DNA of 63,647 nucleotides, filler included, from Reclinomonas americana ATCC 50394 (Eukaryota): NCBI GenBank assembly GCA_048213135.1. It is 18 parts of 18 records of this genome, joined end to end, with 100 filler letters (N's around TTAATTAATTAA, not from the genome) between each part and the next. Parts side by side here need not be neighbours in the genome. Positions count along the whole stretch, not along the records: positions 14,540 to 20,998 come from AFZH01024200.1; positions 21,099 to 23,989 come from AFZH01024201.1; positions 24,090 to 26,709 come from AFZH01024202.1; positions 26,810 to 32,084 come from AFZH01024203.1; 14 more parts are not named here. One strand, 5' to 3'. Shown piece by piece: positions 14,597 to 27,634 of this stretch (position 1 is its first letter; each line of letters starts with the position of its first letter). The notes under the pieces were generated by a model. It saw only the letters and a program-made list of their open reading frames with translations, ran no database searches and was not told where the DNA came from. The position numbers and the translations under genes were made by a program.

Positions 14597-15058
14597 TCTC
14601 TGTCCTTCTCTCTCCTTCTCTCTCCTTTCTCTCTCCCTTCTCTCTACCCTTCTCTCTCCCTTCTCTCTCACTATCTCCTTCTCTCTCTGTCTCTGTTATT
14701 TGCTCCACCTTTCCCTTCTCCCTTCACCCACATCTCTGTCTCTCTTTGTCGTTGGTCGTTTCCTCACCGCCTGCTTGTGCCCTGTTCCACTGTGTTCGAT
14801 TGCTCATGTCTTTCGCTGATCTCGCCTGCGTCCCTCTCGTGTACTGTGCTTCAGCTAGTAAGTGGGCTCTCTTCCAGTCATCACCTATGCTGTCTGTGAC
14901 CTTCCTCTCCAAGTTGTGGGCATGTTTAATGTTTGCATCCTCGTGCGACACTGCATAATTCCCGTGTGCGCGATGTGTCGTCCTCTTCGTCTCTCAGCGC
15001 TCGCTGGCCATTGTGTGCTTCGCTGAATCACGACCTCACGGAATGCGTGTGTGATCAG

Positions 15059-18000
15059 GTGCTGGTGGTCGCTGGATGGTCGGGCGGTGGCAAGTCGGTG
15101 CTGCTGCGCCAGCTCACCACTCGCCTGCATGCGCGCAACGACACGCTGGTGTTGTCGGCTCGTCTTCCCGCCCTTCCTCGTGAAGAAGTGCTGCGCAAGC
15201 CAGGAGCGCTGCTGCCTTATCTCCTGCACGAGGCCAACGAGGCCGTGGATGATAGGAAGATGCAGGTGACAGAGGATGAGGTGAGTATGTTTGTGTTTGG
15301 TTGGCATTCAGATTCGTGGTGGTTTGTGTGGAGCTGGGAGCATGATGTTGAGTCTCGAGAAGTTTGCTCGCATCTGTCCCTGTACGCACATCTTTCTCTC
15401 TCTGTCTGCTTACGCATTTCACTTCCTATTTTTCTCACTCGACTTCCAGTCTCTTTTGCTCGCTTATCTCTCTATGTGGAGTCATCTACCTTGCTCTTTC
15501 CCAGATACTTTCACTTTTGCACATTGGTTTTCTCTTGTGAATGTACATGCTCCCCCCGCTCTCTCCATCTTCACTTTGTCTCGCTTTAGGTTGCACAGTC
15601 TCGTCCTCTTTCACATTTTTGTCTCTCCTAAAGGTCAAGGTTGCTGGACGTTGTGTCCTTTCTCTCCTCCTCTGTTGAGAATACACTTTCTCTCACGCAG
15701 TCTTCTTTCCCCAATGCACTCTTCTATCGTTCTTGCAAGCATCTCCCTCACTCTCAGTCTCTGTCTCAGTCTCCGTCTCAGTCTTTCTTCCCTCTCTCTC
15801 CGTCTCTTTCTCAGTCTCTCTCTCCCCGTCACTATTTCTCAGTCTCTCTCTCTCTCTCCGTCTCTCTCTCTCAGTCTCTCTCCGTCTCTCTCTCTCAGTC
15901 TTTGTCAGTCTCTCTTCCCCCTCCTCTCTCTCCGTCACTCTTTCTCTGTCTCTCTCTCTCTCTCTCCGTCTTTTTCTCTCTTACGGTGCGTCTCTCTCTC
16001 CCTCCGCCACCACTCGCTGTCTCACTTTTTCTGTCAGCGTGTATCTCTCCACATTGATGGTTTCCATGCACGCTCTGTTCCTACTTGCCTCACATTTGTC
16101 ACATCACACAGCTTCGACGCATCGGCACCGTTGTGCTGGTGCTCGACGGATATGACGAGTGCAGTGAGGCACCCGGTAACTTGTTTGTCAACCATGACCT
16201 GGATGTTACGTTGTCATGCCAAGTGGCGTGAAATGCACGCATGCAGTGGAGTGACTCGACTCACTGAATCGTGCAGAGTTGGCCCAATGTGCTGCTGGTG
16301 GTGTCGGTGCGACGCGAGTTCATCAGCCGCCTCGGCAACTTCTGGGCTGAAGAGCACTTTGTGCCTGTGGACCCGAAGCTGTCGCGCGCCGAGCGGCTTC
16401 GTCAGTCGGAGCGTACGCTTGTACGATGTATGCTGCGTCTGTTCTCCAAGGACGACATTGATCTCTTTCTGCAAAAGTTGAGTGCCATCGCTGCTCTGCC
16501 GTGCTTGTTCACGTGAGTGCCACATTCATTTTTGTGTGAGCAGGTTTGTGCACGTGGAGTCACGAGCGGATCACCCTCGCTCATGGGAGCAGTACAAGCA
16601 GCAGATCGAACGCACGCCGGGATTGGATGGACTGGCTTCGTCGGTGAGTCGTTGGTGATGGAAAGAGACAGAGTGCGCTCTGATATCGACGCGAAGAGTA
16701 TTGTGCGAGAGCGACAAGAAAAGCGACAGCACAACAAAAGAATTTCACATGTGCATGCAGTGGCGGCGGTGGTACTCACTTTCCTCATTTTCCTCGCTTT
16801 CCATAACAGCCCCTGATGTTGAATATGATTGTTCTGGTGATGGAAGATCTGGAACGGATGCAGCACCGCCATGACGGCGCTGGCGGTGGCACTACACTCT
16901 TCACGAATCGTGTGACTCGTGCACGGTTGTATGAGGCGTTTGCCAAACACAAACTGCGCTGGGAGTTTGAGCATCACCGAGTGCACATTCGTCAGGTGTG
17001 CCGTTGGCGTTTTTGGATAGTAGTGTGGAATACATGCCTTCTTACAAGATCATTTTTGCACAGTTGTATGGCGACGAAGAATCAGAAGAGGATTTCTGTC
17101 TGCGAGTGTGGGACTTCTGCGCAGAGCTTGCCGGGGAGATGATGCAGCACTCGCTGGTATCTGTACGGCAGGGCAAGCTGGAGGTTTGTTTGCTTCAGGG
17201 AGACGTGCGCAGATACTCACGTTACCTCATTCCTCTGTCATCACTTTCCCATCACAGCGCACTCAGCAAGCCGTTGCGGAGCGAGATGTGTGGAACAAGT
17301 GGTTTGATCGCGATGATCCGCTGCAGAACTCGCTTGTGCGCGCTGTTGCGTTGTGCTGCGTGACTGTGTTGTCCATCAGTTTGTGCGTCTCTCACATGCG
17401 AGAGACGAGGCAGGCGCTGCTCAAATGGAGTCGACTCGGAGCATCGCAGCAGCGTGTGGAGTTCATGCACAAGTCGGTGCTGGAGTACTTTGCCGCTCAG
17501 TCGTGGCTGGCTGATGTGCAGATGTTTGTCAACGAGGAGGTGGAGTTGGAGGTGAGCAGCGCCGTGTATCCTTGCCTTTGCCAGATGCTCGATTGTTAAA
17601 CCTCTCTTTGTACAGGATCGACTCGACAGACTGTGCTCAAGCTTCAGTGGCCAGCGGACATTGCTCACATCAGATGAAGTGAGTACATTTACATCATCAT
17701 TCATTGTGCTCATGACAATTACTCACTCTTCCTTTGATTGTTGTTGCAGGGACTCAATTCCATCCTGTCATTCATCGCCGAGCAGGTGCAAGCTGATCCG
17801 TCTCTCCATGACGTGCTGTGGAAGTCCGTTACTCATTCACGCACGGAGGAGAGAGTCACGGCCGTCTCGTCGAGTGCGGCGAGCGCGTTGTGTCTCGCGG
17901 AGGTGTCGTTCAGTGGGCGAGACCTGTCGGGCGTGCGAATACCAGGTGCGGATCTGAGGGATGCAGTGATGCACAGGACAGTGTGGAGGGGAGCTGATCT

Positions 18001-20008
18001 CCGTGGGGTGAATCTGTGTCTGGCGTTTGCAAAGGAGGCGGATTTCAGAGGGGCGGATGTGACAGGTGTGAGGTGGCCGAGGAAGCCTATGGTGGGTCAC
18101 ACTCACTATGTGAATTCTGTCGCCGTCACTCCTGACGGTCATCACGTGGTGAGTGGGAGCAAGGACCACACAGTTCGAATGTGGTCTGTGACAAGCGGCG
18201 AGGAGGTGCTGCGATTGGAGGGACACGGCGATGAAGTGATGACAGTCGCCATCACCCCAGACGGCCAGCGCACTGTGAGCGGTAGCGTAGATGGCACGAT
18301 ACGAGTGTGGTCGCTGACAACGGGCGAGCAAGTGCAACTGCTGGACGGGCACACTGATCCAGTGGAATCTGTTGCCGTCACGCCCGATGGTCAGCACGTT
18401 GTTAGTGGTAGTATGGACAAGACTGTACGGGTGTGGTCACTGACAACTGGAGAAGAAGTGCGACGATTTGCGGGACATGATGGGCTTGTGTCTACTGTCG
18501 TCATCACCCCCGATGGTCAGCATGTGGTGAGCGGGAGTTGGGACCAGACCTTGCGAGTGTGGTCCATGACTACTGGAGAAGAGGTGCAACGGTTGGAGGG
18601 GCACACTAACTGGGTGCATGCAGTGGCGGTGACCCTTGACGGCCAGTATGTTATTAGTGGGAGTCAGGACCGGTCGGCGCGTTTGTGGTCACTGGCAAGT
18701 GGTGCGGAAGTGCGACGGTTTGAGGGCCATTCGTATGCAGTAACGTCTGTTGCAGTCACAGCAGATGGTCAGCACGTTTTTAGTGGGAGTGATGATAGGA
18801 CTGTGCGAATGTGGTCTGTGGCGAGTGGGGAAGTGGTGCAGCGATTGGAGGGGCACACTTTAGAGGTTCGATCTGTCACCGTCACTCCTGACGGTCACCA
18901 TATCGTGAGTGGCAGCGTTGACAAGACGCTTCGTGTGTGGTCAATTGCTAGTGGAGACGACGTGCGACGACAGCGAGGGCACACTCGAAAGGTGCTTGCT
19001 GTCGCCGTCACCCCAGATAGTCAACACATTGTGAGCGGAAGTGAAGACAACACTGTGCGAATGTGGTCGGTGGCGAGTGGAGAAGAAGTGCGGCGATTGG
19101 AGGGACACACGTGGCCATCGTGCTCAGTCGCTGCCACTCCCGACAGCCAGTACGTGGTGAGTGGTGGTTGGGACTGGGCTGTGCGAGTGTGGTCTGTGGC
19201 GAGTGGAGAGGAAGTGCGGTGTTTCGATGGGGATGCTGGAAAGGTAAGATCAGTAGCCGTCACTACCGATGGTGGGTACATTTTGGGTGGCAGTGACAAT
19301 AACCTAGTGCGTGTATGGTCATTGGTGACTGGGGAAGAGGTGCGCCAGTTTGCGGGACACACCGGTGCCGTGTATTCAGTCGCAGCCGTTTCGGACTGCA
19401 AGCATGCTGTGAGTGGGAGCAAGGACAAAACAGTGCGAATGTGGTCCTTGGTGACTGGAGAAGAGGTGCGATTGTTTGTGGGACATACGGACAAAGTGCG
19501 GTCTGTCGCGGTCACTCCCAATTCACAGTGCGTTGTGAGTGGGAGTCGAGACAAGACTATATGTGTGTGGTCACTAAATACTGGAGACGAAATTCGGCGG
19601 ATGGAGGGACATACGGAGGGGGTGCGTTCCGTTGCTGTCACTCACGACGGACGGCATGTTGTGAGCGGCAGCGATGACCAAACAGTGCGTATATGGTCAC
19701 TGGCGAGTGGCGAGGAGGTGCAACGGTTGGTTGGGCACACGGATGTGGTGTATTCTGTCGTTGTCGCTCCCGACGGCAAGCACATTGTGAGTGGCGGTCG
19801 AGACAGGACAGTGCGGGTGTGGTCGGTGGTGACAGGAGAGGAAGTACCACGAGACTCTGAGATCGAGATCGCAAGCGTGTGTCACGGCACAGACGCCACT
19901 GCCGATCGTACTAATCGAGTAGATGGCGAGACGATGAACGCAGGGATGCTTGTGCGGATATGTGGTGCATTCTTCATGCCTGATTTTACTGATGCGTTGT
20001 ATGAGTAA
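15059..20008 (+). CDS. NACHT-like STAND NTPase + pentapeptide repeats + 14 WD40 repeats (NLR-like); 5' end unresolved
   Basis: Walker A GWSGGGKS (~15075), Walker B LVLDGYDE (~16135), FMHKSVLEYFAAQ (~17462), FSGRDLSGVRIPGADLRDA, then 14 repeats of 42 aa from 18095. Confidence 0.85.
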
Positions 20009-21098
20009 ATGAGGAGGGGAGACAAGGGAGATGAAGGGAAAGGGGGCCAGCAGGGGAAGGGTGGGGAGAAAGGGGAAGAGATGAGGAAAGTGAGCGGGAT
20101 GAGGAAGAGAAAGGGGAAGCTTGAAATGGTCCGGTTTCGGGTGAGTGTTGAGAATGAGAAGATTTTGCGCTGGCTATTGATGGAGATCTGTACTCACTCT
20201 TTGCATATCTCTCTCTCGTCAGCGGCCCTTGCGCTTACGGCCTTTCAAGACGGCGTCTTTGATGCGTCGTCATGCTTCTATGGATCTGTTGCTGGCGGCT
20301 TTGTGGACAGTTCAAGGTGCAGCTCACGAGCTCCAAGTCGGTGCATGCCACATTCTGCGTGGCAACCACTCCAGGGGCGACGTACAAGGCGGTGTCGAAC
20401 AGCGACATTCGTGTTATGCTGGTGCAGACGTCGTCGGTGGTGGCCAACCAGGCGGGGACAATCGTTGCGTGGTGAAGAGGGAAGGGAGGTGAAGAGGGAA
20501 GGGAGGGAAAGAGGGAAGGAGGTAAATAGGGAATGGGAAAAGAGGGAAGGGGGATAAAGAGGGAAGGAGGTAAAGAGGGAAGGGATGTAGAGGGAAGGGG
20601 TAGAGAGGGAAGGGGGAAAAGAGGGAAGGGGAAAAAGAGGGACGGGAGGTGAAGAGGGAAGGAGGTAAGAGGGAAGTTGGAGGAGGGAGTTTCGACAAGG
20701 AGAAGGGAGGGGAATAATGGGCGTTGTGGAAGGATGTGAGACGAGGAGAAAAGAAGTAAAGAGGGAAGGGGGACGGAGGGAAGTGAGGCAAGGAGAAGGG
20801 GGGTTTTGAAGGCATTTTGCAAAGAAGAGACAGGGTGGAAGTGTGTTGATGAGAAAGCAAGAGAGAGAGAAAACGACTCAAGAATGCCTGTTGAGTTTGT
20901 GTGCATTGCAAGAGAGGAAAGACAGAAGGGAGAAAGGGAACAGATTAGCTTTGGAAGTGTGTTGATGGGAACGCGTCGGGGAGAGTAACAAAGAGAAANN
21001 NNNNNNNNNNNNNNNNNNNNNNNNNNNNNNNNNNNNNNNNNNTTAATTAATTAANNNNNNNNNNNNNNNNNNNNNNNNNNNNNNNNNNNNNNNNNNNN

Positions 21099-23170
21099 TT
21101 TTGTTTTGTATGTATTGTTTGCAAAAAATAATGGATGAGTGCATATGTATGAGTGTATGTTTGAGTGTATGTTTGTGCGTGTGTGTATGTATTTGTGTAT
21201 GAGAAAGAGAGAGAGGAGAGAGAAAGAGAAGGGAGAGGGGAGAAAATGAGAGAGAGCGGGGGAGTGTAGAGAGAGGAGTGAGAGACTGAGAGAGAGAAAA
21301 TGTGTGCGTGTGTGTGTGTTAGAGAGAGACAGAGAGAGAGAGAGTGGAAGTGTTGGAGGGAGAGAAAAAGAGAAAGAGAGAGGGAGAGAGAAAAGATTGA
21401 GTGTGTGTGTGCGTGTGTGTGGTCGACTGACTGTGTATGTGGCGTGTTTGTGTATGTGGTTATATTTGTGTTTGTGTGCGTTTGTATACACGGCGACAAT
21501 TGCGATGGATGCGTGATCGTGCAGCCGGTGAGTATGCGTGTGTGTGTATATGTGTATGAGAGAGAGAGGGAGAGAGAGAAAGTGAGAGAGAAAGAGTAAA
21601 CAAAAAAGACAGAGTATTTGTGTATGTTTATGTTTTTTGGGAAGAAAGTGACACACTGGGGGAGGGAGATTAGAGAGAGAGAGAGAGAGTAGAAAGTAGA
21701 GAGAGAGGGATTGTGTGTGTGTTGTGATTGTCGTTGTTGTGGTTGTTGTTGTTTGTTTTGTTTTGTTTTGTTTGTATGTGTTGTTTGCAGAAGAAAATGG
21801 ACGAATGTATGTTTCTGTGTGTATGTGTGTACGTACGCGCGTACGTATTTGTAAATATGAGAGATTGAGAGACGGAGGGAAAGAGAGAGAGGGAACGAGG
21901 GAAAGAGAGAGAGACAGAGATAGAAAAAGGAGGGATGAAGGGAGTAATGGAAGAAGGGAGAGAAAGAGTGTGTGTGCGTGTGTGCGTGTGTGGTCAACTG
22001 ACTGTGTATGTGGCGTGTTTGTGTGTGTGTATCTCTGTGTGGTTGTGCGTGTGTGTATGGCGACAATGGCGATGGATGCATGATCATGCAGCCGGTGAGT
22101 GTGTGAATGTGTGTATGATGAAGAGAGAAGGGAGATGGGAGAGAGGGAGAGCGAGGGAGTAGAAAAGAGACAGAGAGAGTATTTATATGTGTTTATGTTA
22201 TTTGGGAAGAGAGTGACACACATACAGGGGGAGGGAGAGAGATTAGAGAGATTATAGAGAGAGGGGGAGAGAGGGGGAGAGTGGGAATTGTGTGTGTTTG
22301 TTGTGATTGTCGTTGTTGTAGTTGTTGTTTGTTTGGTTTTGTTTTGTTTATATATGTTGTTTGCAGATAGAAATGGATGAATGTATGTTCTGTGTGTATA
22401 TGTGTGTATATGTGTGTGCGCGTGAATGTATTTGTGTGAGAGAGACGGAGAGAGAAAGAGAGGGAACGAGGGAAAGAGGGAGAGAGAGATAAAGAAAGGA
22501 GGGAGGAAGGGAGAGATGGAAGGAGAGAGAAAAAGTGAGAAAAAAGAGTGTGTGTGTGCGTGTGGTTGACTGACTGTGCATGTGGCGCGCTTGTGTTTGT
22601 GTGTGTGTTTTATTTTTTGTACCGTCGACAATGGCGATCCATATATGATCATGCAGGCGGTGAGTACGCGGGTGTGTATATTAGAAAGAGAGTCAAGGGT
22701 AAGGGAGAAAAAGAAACAAGGGAGAAGAGAGCGTTGTGTGTATAGTGTGTGTTTGTGATGTGAGAGAAGTGAGCGAAATTGATAGAAAGTTGAGAGATTA
22801 GAGAGGGGTTGTTATTGTTGCTGTTACTGGTGTTGTTGCCGTTGTTATTGTTGTCGTTGTTGATGTTATTATTGTAGTTGATTTCGTATGTTATATGTTA
22901 ATTGCAAAACGAATGAGAGTACGTTTCTTTATGTGCGTGCGTGTGGTGGATGTGCGCGTGTTGTAATCGTATAGAGGGAAATGAGAGAGTGAAAAAGAGA
23001 GAGCAATAAAGAGAGAGATAGAGAAAGAGTGGGAGACTGTAAGAGCATGTGTGCGTGTGCGTGTGCGTGAGGTTGACTGACTATGAATGTGGTGCGATTG
23101 TGTATTTTGTGCATGTTTGTGTGCACGTCGACAATCGCCATGGACGGAACTTCGTGCAGAAGGTGAGCAT
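21099..23170. repeat. Microsatellite-rich tandem repeat, ~500-570 bp unit, about 4 diverged copies
   Basis: Anchors GGTCGACTGACTGTGTATGTGGCG (~21421, 21992, 22563, 23070) and CGACAAT(T/G)GCGATGGA...GCAGCCGGTGAG recur. Confidence 0.8.
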
Positions 23171-23936
23171 GTTTGTCCGTTGAAATTTTACGGCGTTACC
23201 TGTACGTGTTACATACAGTCAGTTGTGCGAGTCATGGATTGATGTGATAGCATGTGGTGCGTCTTCGTGTTTGCGCTACAGAAAAAGTGACACAAGACTG
23301 GCAAGGGGTCGAGGGATGCGCGTACACGCACAAGTAAGTGTTGATTGGTGACTCGTGCATGTTTTCTACGCGTATTTGATGATGATTCTGGTGTTTGTTG
23401 AAAAGAACTTGTACCTGCTTCATGGCTGTTGGAGATTTGGGGTTGCCAGTACCATACAGGCAAGAAAGTGCTGCAGTTGGTGGTTTGCCTTACGTTCTCA
23501 CTGTTTTGTGCTTTTAGAATGATGTGATCGAGTTCAAAACTCTCGTTCGGTCATCGCTCAGTACACCATCAACCCTGCATAAACTCAATAGCGTATTTTT
23601 TCAGTGGAACGAGCAGTCACCAACGAACGGGGCTTTTCATTTGCAATTACTCTTATGTAAATCAAGACAAGAAGGAGAGCAGATTCCCCGAGAATGACAA
23701 TGAACGCCGAGAATTATTTTATAATGGTGTGGTTTTCATATACGATAGGCATTGGCTTGTGCATAGGCACACAGACTGAGCACGCCTGCTAACAACTGAC
23801 CAGGGCAGCAACGAGGTGCGCTCCCTCTCTCTCTCTCTTTTGATGCCACACTTGAGAACAGTATCTTGCGCCAGCAACGAGAGACCGAACGACACCAGCA
23901 ACTGCAACAACGATCCATGTAAGTGGTGGAGTTGAA

Positions 23937-23989
<53 letters not shown>

Positions 23990-24289
23990 NNNNNNNNNNN
24001 NNNNNNNNNNNNNNNNNNNNNNNNNNNNNNNNNTTAATTAATTAANNNNNNNNNNNNNNNNNNNNNNNNNNNNNNNNNNNNNNNNNNNNAGTCGACAGAG
24101 CAGTGACGATTTGCACACACTCTCTCTTGATGCCACGATGCCTCACGTTCATTCACCAGGGGCAAGAGAGAGTGCACGGGTGGATGGAAACGCAGTCAGA
24201 TCCTTATTTTTGCACAAGTACCTCTGCTGTGAACGCTGATACTCATCGGAGGGAGAGACGACAAGCGAGAGATTAATGGACATTTGCTT

Positions 24290-26200
24290 GGATAAGAAGA
24301 GGGAGAGAGAATGGCTGTGCTTTGCATGCATGTGCTCCCTGTTCATCGTTGTTGTGTTTCTGCGCGTTCTCGGTGTGCGAGCGAGTTGGTGCAGTGAGAG
24401 AGGGAGAGAGAGAAGGAGAGAACGGCTGTGAGATCTGCTTTGTGCTGTCTTTGTGTTTGTTGCGTACACTCGGTATGCGAGAGTTGATTCATAAGAGGAG
24501 AGAGAGAAGGAAGGAGAGAACGGCTGTGCTCTCTCTGCTTTGTGCTGTCTGTTCATTGTTGCGTTGTTGTGTGTACTTGGTATGCGAGAGCGAGTCGATG
24601 CAGTGAGAGAGGGAGAGAGAGAAGGTGAGAATGGCTGTGAGATCTTCTTTGTGCTGTCTTTCTGTTCGTTGTTGTTGTGTTGTTACGTGTTCTCGGTATG
24701 CAAGAGCAAGTTGATTCATAAGAGAGGGAGAGAGAAGGTGAGAATGGCTGTGAGATCTGCTTTGTGCTGCCTTTATGTTTATTGTTGTGTTGTTGTGTGT
24801 ACTTGGTATGCGAGAGCAAGTTGATGTAGGGAGAGGGGGAGAGAGAGAAGGAGAGAATGGCTGTGAGATCAGCTTGTGCTGTCTTTCTGTTCGTTGTTGT
24901 GTTGTTGCGTGTACTTGGTGTGCGAGCGAGTTGATGTAGGGAGAGGGGGAGAGAGAGAAGGAGGGAATGGCTGTGAGATCAGCTTTGTGCTGTCTTTCTG
25001 TTCATTGTTGTGTTGTTGTGTGTACTTGGTATGCGAGAGCAAGTTGATGCAGTAAGAGATGGAGAGAGAGAAGGAGAGAATGGCTGTGCTTTGTCTGCAT
25101 GTGCTCCCTGTTAATCGTTGTCGTTTCGTTGTGTGTTCTCGGTATGCGAGCGAGATGATGCAGTGAGAGAGGGAGAGAGAGAAGGAGAGAATGGCTGTGA
25201 GATCAGCTTGTGCTGTCTTTCGTTCGTTGTTGTGTTGTTGCGTGTTCTCGGTATGCGAGAGCGAGTTGATGCAGCGAGAGAGGGAGAGAGAGAGGGAAGG
25301 AGAGAATGGCTGTGAGATCTGCTTTGTGCTGTCTTTCTGTTCGTTGTTGTGTTGTTGCGTGTTGTCGGTGTGCGAGAGCGAGTTGATTCACAAGAGAGGG
25401 AGAGAGAGAAGGAGAGAATGGCTGTGAGATCTGCTTTGTGATGTCTTTCTGTTCGTTGTTGTTGTGTTGTGTGCACTTGGTATGGCAGTGAGAGAGGGAG
25501 AGAGGGAGAGAGAACGGCTGTGAGATCTGTTTTGTGCTGTCTTTGTGTTCGTTGTTGTTGTGTTGTTACGTGTTCTCGGTATGCGAGAGCGAGTTGATGT
25601 AGGGAGAGGGAGAGAGAGAGAAGGAGAGAATGGCTGTGAGATCAGCTTGTGCTGTCTTTCTGTTCGTTGTTGTGTTGTTGCGTGTTGTCGGTGTGCGAGA
25701 GCGAGTTGATTCACAAGAGAGGGAGAGAGAGAAGGAGAGAATGGCTGTGAGATCTGCTTTGTGATGTCTTTCTGTTCGTTGTTGTGTTGTTGTGTGCACT
25801 TGGTATGGCAGTGAGAGAGGGAGAGAGGGAGAGAGAACGGCTGTGAGATCTGTTTTGTGCTGTCTTTCTGTTCGTTGTTGTTGTGTTGTTGTGTGCACTT
25901 GGTATGCGAGAGCGAGTTGATGAAGGAGAGAACAACTGTGAGATCTGCGAGTGCTGTCTTTGTGTTCATCGTTGTGTTGTTGTGTGTTCTCGGTGTGCGA
26001 GAGCGAGTTGATTCATTAGAGAGGGAGTGTTCATTGTTGTGTTGGTGTGTGTTCTCGGTATGCGAGAGCGAGTTGATGCAGTGAGAGAGAGGGAGAGAGA
26101 AGGAGAGAACAACTGTGATATCCGCTTTGTGCTGTTTTTCTGTTCGTTGTTGTGTTGTTGTGTGTACTTGGTATGCGAGTGAGATGATGTAGTGAGAGAG
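24290..26200. repeat. ~120-bp satellite array
   Basis: Repeated GAAGGAGAGAATGGCTGTGAGATCTGCTTTGTGCTGTC...GGTATGCGAGAGCGAGTTGAT. Confidence 0.9.
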
Positions 26201-26459
26201 GAAGACAAGGAGAGAGTGAGAAACAGAGTGTGTGTGTGCGTGTGCTATATCTGCTGTGTTGTGCTTGTGCACGTGCTGTCTGTTGTTTGTTGCTGCTGTT
26301 GTGTCGTGTGTTCTCGATGTGCGAGTGAGTCGTTGCATGCACCACGCGGTGCAGAAATTAGTGATACAAATGCACTATTGAATGATTGATTTCGGAGTCG
26401 GGGTGCAATGCGGCGGGTGGGGCAAGGCGGGCCAAGAAGCCGAAACAAGAGCCTGCATG

Positions 26460-27014
26460 ATCATGTGTGTGCGTGGGAGAGAGAGAGAGATTGGCTGCGC
26501 TATCTGCTGTGTGATGTCTGTCTGTTTGTTGCTGCTCATGTTGCTGTTGCTGTGCACAGTGAGAGTGTGTGTGTGCGTGGGAGAGAGAGAGATTGGCTGC
26601 GCGATCTACTGTGTGCTGTCTGTCTGTTCGTTGCTGTTGCTGTTGTTTTGTGTCCGCGAGTCGATGCACAGTGAGTGTGTGTGTGTGCGTGGGAGAGAGA
26701 GAGATTGGCNNNNNNNNNNNNNNNNNNNNNNNNNNNNNNNNNNNNNNNNNNNNTTAATTAATTAANNNNNNNNNNNNNNNNNNNNNNNNNNNNNNNNNNN
26801 NNNNNNNNNTGCTGTGTGCTGCCTGTCTGTTTGTTGCTGTTGCTGTTGCTGTTGTTGTGTGTCCGCGAGTCGATGCACAGTGAGAGAGTGTGTGTGCGTG
26901 CGTGGGAGAGAGAGATTAGCTGCGCGATCTACTGTGTGATGTCTGTCTGTTTGTTGCTGTTCATGTTGCTGTTGCTGTTGTTATGTGTCCGCGAGTCGAT
27001 GCACAGTGAGTGTG
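26460..27014. repeat. ~120-130 bp satellite, present on both sides of a gap and ending at the AT-rich element
   Basis: Repeated GGGAGAGAGAGATTGGCTGCGCGATCTACTGTGTG...GTCCGCGAGTCGATGCACAGTGAG. Confidence 0.85.
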
Positions 27015-27379
27015 ACACATATATACCACACCGGAGTAAAAAATTCTAAGGGCAAATGATCATAAACCATAAAAGAATTTTATAAAATGCTCATAAACCT
27101 GATCATAAGAGCATATAAGACCAGAAATGCCATTTTATTGACACGATTTTAAAATTATCATCATAGTGCTCATGAAAAAAATATGATCATAGAATAAGAG
27201 CATCCGGTAGAAAATATCTTGGGAAATTCATGAGCATAAAAAAATGGATCAAAATATAAATCATATAACTAAAATTATAATTGCCTCTTTTTTCCAGACG
27301 ACCTCATTTTCCTCAATTTGGTTTCTTCCGATTTTCCATGATTCTCTCGCAAAAATAAAATATCTATTCATATATCATA

Positions 27380-27634
27380 ATGTTCAAGTATAAAGGATAC
27401 ATAATTGAGGTATCAACAAGAAAGCACAAGAAATATGATGTATACAAAGACGGCAAGTATATAACATCATACGGCGACAGTAGATACGAGCACTACAAGG
27501 ACAAACTGGGTTATTATGATAAACTTGATCATAATGACAAGAAAAGAAGGGAATTATATAGAGCTCGACATAAGAAGGATCACATTAATGATCCGAACTA
27601 TGCGGGCTACTGGAGTTGGAATCTTTTATGGTGA
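27380..27634 (+). CDS. Tlr6F-like (DUF5754-type) small basic viral protein
   Basis: STRKHKKYDV...YGDSRYEHYKD...DHNDKKRRELYRARH...AGYWSWNLLW, a pattern I recognise from Polinton/PLV/virophage Tlr6F homologues. Confidence 0.8.
   Translation: MFKYKGYIIEVSTRKHKKYDVYKDGKYITSYGDSRYEHYKDKLGYYDKLDHNDKKRRELYRARHKKDHINDPNYAGYWSWNLLW

Noticed and set aside
20222..20475. Coding-like island after the NACHT-WD40 gene
   Set aside because: No consistent frame or family could be assigned; it may be an orphan exon.
21047..22652. 346-aa and 533-aa ORFs
   Set aside because: They are translations of (CA)n/(CT)n microsatellite DNA with no protein-like composition.
24290..26200. Possible CRISPR-like array
   Set aside because: Whole units repeat with no unique spacers, the context is eukaryotic, and no cas genes are present.
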